Origin: Octopus bimaculoides
Taxonomy: Eukaryota
Assembly: GCF_001194135.2 (NCBI RefSeq)
Contig: NC_068988.1
Span: 50,312,595 to 50,376,594 of the forward strand
Length of the DNA: 64,000 nt
Direction of reading: 5' to 3'
The translations under genes were made by a program, and so were the position numbers. A model generated the notes under the pieces. The model made no database searches. It saw nothing but the letters and a program-made list of their open reading frames with translations, and was not told the DNA's origin. Below, in pieces: positions 63,488 through 64,000 of the stretch; the stretch's first letter is position 1; each line of letters starts with the position of its first letter.

Positions 63488-64000
63488 GTAAGCACATTTA
63501 AAAAAACAACAAAAAAAACAAAGAATAATCCATACAGTTAAATTCAAACATGGCAAATGCAATAATGTCTATAGTGCATGATTTTTTGTAATTTCAATAC
63601 ACGAATCCTGACTTCTGTTTGTACTGTCATTTGTGAGATATTCACTGATAATGTAATATATTGCATATAATATTAACCAGCTTGAAAAGATGATCACACA
63701 TGATGAATGAAAACTGTATGATAGGCATCCGCTGACATATACATGGGAGATGAATGCCCCAATATGAAGATTTGGAATGGGTGATAAGCGCTGCTGTTGG
63801 AAAATAGTACCCTTAGAAGAGGACATAAGTTGTAAGGTGGGGGTCTTAGGACACAGACTTCACAGAAGAAATGATGGAAGATTGAAACTAGTGACAATAA
63901 ACTGTATGGCAGACCAGTCCATACCACTGTGGAAACTCTGATGTTAAAATATTGTTAGTGTTTGTGTGTGTGTGTGTATAGTCTATCAAGCTGTTTGTGT

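Overview
AT-rich, microsatellite- and SINE-dense eukaryotic genomic DNA. The repeat complement suggests a coleoid cephalopod such as Octopus (inference). One protein-coding gene is supported: the 5' part of a latrophilin/Cirl-type (ADGRL-like) adhesion GPCR on the + strand. It has ten coding exons between 20501 and 63487 with consistent splice phases, encoding signal peptide, SUEL/rhamnose-binding lectin, Ig domain, Thr-rich stalk, HRM and the start of GAIN; the GPS and 7TM lie beyond the window. Main finding: the C-terminal half of the lectin domain is present as two homologous, intact 110-nt exons (41024-41133 and 50461-50570), but there is only one N-terminal-half exon. Including both or skipping both gives a premature stop, which implies mutually exclusive splicing of the ligand-binding half. 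Candidate control elements surround them: an antisense/sense SINE duplex, RBFOX motifs and a donor-proximal hairpin. The rest is decayed RTE and R4/Dong LINEs, four tRNA-derived SINE families (labelled A-D here; my own labels), hAT-, piggyBac- and Helentron-like non-autonomous elements, and simple repeats. All translations and alignments were done by hand; no database searches were run.
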